Positions 59,108 through 64,000 of a stretch of 64,000 nucleotides of DNA are shown in pieces. Each line of letters opens with the position of its first letter. Position 1 is the first letter of the stretch. This stretch comes from Candidatus Poribacteria bacterium (GTDB lineage: Bacteria; Poribacteria; WGA-4E; PCPOR2b): contig OZ244587.1 in assembly GCA_965218095.1 (NCBI GenBank), positions 4,256,001 through 4,320,000 on the forward strand, given 5' to 3'. Made by a program: the position numbers and the translations under genes. The notes beneath the pieces were generated by a model that was given only the letters and a program-made list of their open reading frames with translations, did not search any database and was not told where the DNA came from.

Positions 59108-59157
59108 TAGAAATGAGCCAACTCTGATCTTCGATTCGAGTTTCACTCACAGATGCT

Positions 59158-62100
59158 ATGAAAGCTGACCTCGCTATCGCTCAAATTTTCATTGGGTTAC
59201 TCATCGCAATCGCCGCACTTATCATCGGCATTTTTATGTGTCGGCGTGGAGTGCGGACAAGAGATCTCAAACTCCGGGTAAAAGCATACCCCATCTGGAT
59301 TGGGGGCGGTTGCCTGACTATTTTACTAGGTTCTGTTGACATTTGAGTATAAGGTTGTGGCATAATAGAAGAATGACGCCAATAACCTTACCTGATGAAC
59401 AATGGAATAAGATATACCGGTTTCTTCTAAGCTGTCTCACCATCTAGCTGCTAAGCTGCTACACGCCGCTTCGTCGAAGCCGTTCTGTGGGTGACTCGTA
59501 GCGGCGCTCAATGGAGACTTCTACCAGACACCTATGGCAAATGGAACACCCGCTACAAGCGGTTTGCTCGATGGTGCGACAAAGGTATCTTCACACAGAT
59601 GCACCACCACTTCGCCTCTGACCCCGATATCGAGTCGCTTATTGTGGACAGTACCATCTGCCGCGCTCACCCGTCTGCGGCGGGCACCTTAAAAAGCTGG
59701 TGCCTTAAAAGCATTAGGTCGGTCTCGGGGCGGTTTCAGTACAAAAATTCACATCACCGTTGACGGACTAGGCAATCCCCTAAGAATTCATCTGACACCC
59801 GGTCAGAGACATGACATAACTGAGGCAGAAGGGTTGATAATCGGATATAATAGTGAATATGTGATTGGAGACAAGGGGTACGATTCGGACGCTTTTATCG
59901 CCGTTATTGAGGCGAATGGAGCGATTGCGGTGATACCGCCCAAAAGTCATCGTGTTGACCAAAGAACGTATGACAAACACTTATACAAAGAGAGACATCG
60001 GGTTGAATGTTTCATCAACAAGATAAAATGGTATCGTCGTATCTTCTCTCGGTTTGAGAAGCTAGCTGTCCGTTATTTTGGATTTCTCAGCTTTGTCGCC
60101 ACTCTTATATGGCTCCCTTGAAATGTCAACAGAACCTAGTCTGGCCTGCCATGGCTTATCTCTATACGGAACATCTCTGGTTCGAGAGTGTTGGATATGA
60201 CAATATTTTTTGGAAGCTCCTGAAAATACGGTGGGGCAGCTTTGCCAAATTTGCCCTCATCGCAATTGGGTTTATGGGATTGAATCTCTTCATCGGCGAT
60301 CGGCTCTGTCCGGTATCAAGCGAATTTGCTCGGTGGACTCGCGAGCGCACAATACGATTCTATCAAGGGATTCTAATCTTAATCCTTCTCGCCGGGTGCT
60401 TCCTTTCGGCACCCATGATGCTCCTCTGGGACGATTTCCTCCGCTACGACAATCGCGCGTTGACCGGCGCAATAGAACCCATTTTCCAAAAGGACATCGG
60501 TTTTTACCTCTTTACATTTCCGATCTATCGTTGGGTGAGTTTGTGGCTGAAAGCTCTGCTATGGGTAAACCTGCTTGTGGTTGGGCTTCTGTACAATTTT
60601 TATCACCGTCGCGACCCGCAGACGATGGCAAAAGTTGAACACCGTTTAGTTTTCCACGCCTCTGTTCTATGGCTGATGTTACTTGGCGTCTCACTCTGGC
60701 GGAGCCAAATCAATATCTGGAATGTCTTGTACACTGTGCTCGCACGCCTTGGGGGCTGGGCCGTGTCAACGGTATGGGGTACGTCGATGACAAGCTGATT
60801 GGTGCTTATCACCTCTACATGGTGTGCCTCATTGGGGTCGGCAGCCTCATTCTTCTTAATCTCTTATGGCGGAAACGGGTAATCTGGTATTCAGTAATCG
60901 TGGCTTGGGGAGCGAGCTATCTGATTCTGATCCAAATCTATCCGCTTTTCGTCCACTGGATGTAAGTCCGTCCAAATTCACTGACGGCAGAAGTGCGATT
61001 CCTTGGTAAGCATATCGAATCAACCCGTCAAGCATTCGGATTGGATCAGATTGAGGAAAGAGATCACATCAAGGGGGCTGCCACGCGCGAAATGATTAGC
61101 CGGAATACTGAAATCAAAGAGAATATTCAGTTGTGGGATCGGCGGGTGCTTTATGAGGTGCTAATGGATCAGCAATTCATTGAGCGATACTATCGATTTC
61201 ATCCCTATACCGATGTTGATCGATATTGGGTGAACGGTCAGTATCGGCAGGTACTGACCGCCGCCAGAGAGATCGCGAAATTATCCGAAGCGCAGGACTG
61301 GGTGAATCAGAAACTCAAGTATACTCACGGATATGGCGTTTGTGTTGTCCCCGTGAATGAATTCATGGAAGAAGACGCCAATCCAAATTTCTGGGTTAAG
61401 GGTATTTACCCGATGGAAAGCACTTATCCTGAACTTGCTGTGACACACCCCCAAATCTACTACGGTGAGTTGACGAAAGACTATGTTATTGTAAACACAA
61501 AGCAGAAGGAGATAAATCCGAAAGGTGAGCAGTACCAAGGATCTGGAGGTATCAAAATTGGCAGTTGGTTCAGACGGCTCTGCTTCGGAACCCGATTTGA
61601 TTTCTGGCGCGTGCTGCTTTCCACAGATCCCACTCCAGAAAGCAAGGTGCTCTTCTGGCGAAAGATTGGGACCCGCAACCCAGGCTCCTCCAAAACAGTA
61701 GGAGATCGAATTTCACACATTGCGCCCTTTCTCAAATATGATCCCGATCCCTATATCGTGATTGGAGATGACGGGCAGCTCTGGTGGATTGTCGATACTT
61801 ATATCACGAGTCGCAGCTACCCCAATGCAAAGACCTCTGTTGATGAGACCAACCTTAAAAAAAACCCGCTTTACTCTGAACCCACTTTTGATCGCTTTAA
61901 CTATATTCGCAACCCCGCCGTCGCTATTGTCAACGCCTACAGTGGCAAAGTCAATTTTTACTTTACCAAAGCCAATGAACCGATTACGGACGCCTATCAG
62001 AAAACCTTTTCGAATCTCTTCAAGAGCAAAGATCAAATTCCAGCAGGATTGCAAAATCACCTCCGATACCCCGATTATCTGACACGCATCCAGGCAGAGA

Positions 62101-62891
62101 TGTATGCGGATTATCATGTACAGGAGGCGGAGATTTTTTACCCCGGATCCGACAGATGGAATATTCCCCAGGAAAAATACTATTCATCGTATCAAACGAT
62201 AGTGCCCTACTATGCCATGCTCAAGTTACCGGGAGAGAACACACCAGAGTTTGTGAATATGGTTCCTTTTTCACCACTGCCACCACAACAAGAGGGCAAC
62301 CTACAACAGGAGGGCCGGCTCATGAATGCCTAGCTTGTCGCCCGCAGTGACGCAGAGTATTACGGAAAATTGGTTGTCTATACGCTGCCCAAGAAGGAGA
62401 CGGTTATCGGCCCGACCCGGGTCGAAGGCAGGATAGAAACAGAATTATCGGAAAAACTGACGCTCTGGAACCAACAAGGGACGACGGTGATTCGGGGCAA
62501 TTTGCTGGTGATTCCTCTCGCCAATACCCTGTTTTATGTGGAACCGATCTATCTCAAGCCAGAAAATATTGATCGTCCCAGTCTAACGGTTGTAGCAGTT
62601 CAAGCAGGAGCGGAGTTTGCCTACGCAGACACCTTTGATGAAGCCCTGCAAAAGATCTTCGGTATTGGGATTAGGGTTGAATCGGAGGCGGGAACAACGG
62701 ACGAAGCCACAGCAGAGCTACTGCTAACCCTGGATCAATTAATCGAACAGGCGAATCAAAACCTTGAATTGTATTTGGGGCTAACCGGGAGGGGCGAATT
62801 CGAGAAAGCGGCTCAGGCGTTAATGGATCTGAAGCACAACTTAAAGGCGCTGGAGTCGGGGCAATACCGGAAGAAAGCAGAAAAAACGTAA
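59158..62891 (+). pseudogene. UPF0182 family membrane protein, interrupted by IS5, a frameshift and two stops
   Basis: Removing the IS gives TILLVWPAMAYLYTEHLWFESVGY; KDIGFYLF, TRQAFGL, DVDRY, YTHGYG, PQIYYGE, DPDPY, NYIRN, RYP, IRGNLLVIP, YVEPIY; stops at 60963 and 62331. Confidence 0.9.
59329..60136 (+). mobile_element. IS5-family copy 4 (degenerate) inserted at CTAG in the UPF0182 gene
   Basis: Both IRs, TA duplication, internal deletions. Confidence 0.92.
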
Positions 62892-62942
62892 GTTGGGTCG
62901 AGCAAGCAGCGAATTTATCCCTTCAGTCAGTGGAATTTATAT

Positions 62943-64000
62943 TTACACGAAACACGTTTCACGTTTCGCATCGGCATCCAGGAGCGAAACAACCCCTCGA
63001 TTGCCATCAACGCGCAGGCGCTGTCCGGATTGGATGCGTCTGGTCGCCGCGGTGACGTTGACCACCGCAGGGATGCCATACTCTCGTGCGACGACAGCGC
63101 CGTGCGACAGCATACCACCACGTTCCATCACCAGTGCAGCGGCGTGAAGAAAAAGCGGCGTCCACCCCACATCCGTCGAAGGACAGACAAGGATATAATC
63201 TTTGCTGGTGACCTTTGCATCGGCTGCATCTAGGAGGACATACGCCTCACCGATAGCGACGCCAACTGATGCGCCAAGCCCCTGAATCTCGTCTTTTGTC
63301 TCAATCAATGGCGGTTCGCCGATGCGGTTCAAGGCGTCACTATAAATGACGTCCGGCAGTTCAATGCGCAATAATCGGGCGCGTTTTGCTTTGCGCTCCC
63401 CAATCACCGATCGAAGGTCTTCTCTCTGGGTGAGTAGATGCAACTCGTCAGGTGTGAGATAAAAGATACCGCCGTCAAGCTGATAGCGTCGATCGAGTTC
63501 CAGCAACGCTTGTCGGATAAGCTCATAACCGAGCATGAGATAGAATTTCGCTGTCTCTCGGAAGGGCATATACCGTTGGACGAAGTCAAGGGCGCTATCA
63601 ATCTGTTTTCGGAATCCAGCAGTTTTGCCTGCCGGCACCTCCGCCAATTTTCTTTCCGCTTCTTCCCGCTTCGCCCTTTGTGCTTCAAGATGTGTCGCCG
63701 GATTCGCATCAGGATTGGCTCGGAACGACGCAATGATCTGCTGGATATAGGAAGGGTCTTCACGCCAACGCGGCTGCGCGAGCTCAAATTCGCCGGCGGT
63801 GCGGTGGCCATACCGGTCCAGAAAGTTTTCCAGCGCAAGCTGGTCCTGTGCGACTGCCCACATCTTCAGATTGGTTTCAACCGTGAGGTCGTCTTCAACT
63901 TCCGCTTCGTGGAATCCTCGCGCAGCGGGACATGTAATCAGTAATCTGGCGAGATCTTTCGCCTCCTCCTCACCAAAACACTTTTGGAGGCTAGTTTCCA
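62943..64000 (-). CDS. PEP-utilising enzyme (PEP synthase / rifampin phosphotransferase-like), 3' part only
   Basis: YGHR..GEFEL..PRWRED; ILVCPSTDVGWTPLF; GGMLSHGAVVAREYGIPAV phospho-His domain; the frame stays open to the window edge. Confidence 0.88.
   Translation of the reverse strand, partial: ETSLQKCFGEEEAKDLARLLITCPAARGFHEAEVEDDLTVETNLKMWAVAQDQLALENFLDRYGHRTAGEFELAQPRWREDPSYIQQIIASFRANPDANPATHLEAQRAKREEAERKLAEVPAGKTAGFRKQIDSALDFVQRYMPFRETAKFYLMLGYELIRQALLELDRRYQLDGGIFYLTPDELHLLTQREDLRSVIGERKAKRARLLRIELPDVIYSDALNRIGEPPLIETKDEIQGLGASVGVAIGEAYVLLDAADAKVTSKDYILVCPSTDVGWTPLFLHAAALVMERGGMLSHGAVVAREYGIPAVVNVTAATRRIQSGQRLRVDGNRGVVSLLDADAKRETCFV

Noticed and set aside
62943-64000. Calling the last gene a rifampin-resistance determinant (rph)
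   Set aside because: Only the 3' part is visible and the PEP-utiliser family has many substrates
1-64000. tRNA or rRNA genes
   Set aside because: No cloverleaf with T-loop and acceptor stem, and no rRNA-like sequence, recognised by eye

Overview
Bacterial chromosomal window of about 50% GC. The gene content (several FG-GAP/ASPIC repeat proteins, PhyH dioxygenases, a BMC shell gene, DUF4159 proteins, many decayed genes) suggests a Candidatus Poribacteria-like host-associated organism; this is inference, not a database result. It carries: an IS1595 element next to a four-hairpin array; a sugar-acid/aromatic catabolic patch (PhyH x2, MFS, amidohydrolase, enolase-superfamily enzyme, tartrate/D-malate dehydrogenase, Gfo/Idh/MocA); envelope genes (SurA-like, HhH plus beta-barrel, YCF48, CRTAC1-like x2); housekeeping genes (birA, aminotransferase, thrB, a stand-alone fusA); a three-gene microcompartment satellite (BMC-H, pduL, flavoprotein); a truncated group II intron; IS982, IS4 and four IS5 copies; and about 15 pseudogenes or fragments. 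The best candidate for an undescribed system is a non-canonical Ton-like envelope machine. It comprises an exbB-exbD-exbD operon with no tonB, whose ExbB has an extra beta-sandwich domain, an adjacent 1.1-kaa Ca-binding outer-membrane lipoprotein, and two DUF4159 proteins with TonB-type S-x3-H membrane anchors and Pro-rich linkers. Sigma-54 promoter motifs precede the DUF4159 genes and an NtrC-family activator lies nearby. The second highlight is a full-length P-type ATPase in which nearly every catalytic motif has been replaced.
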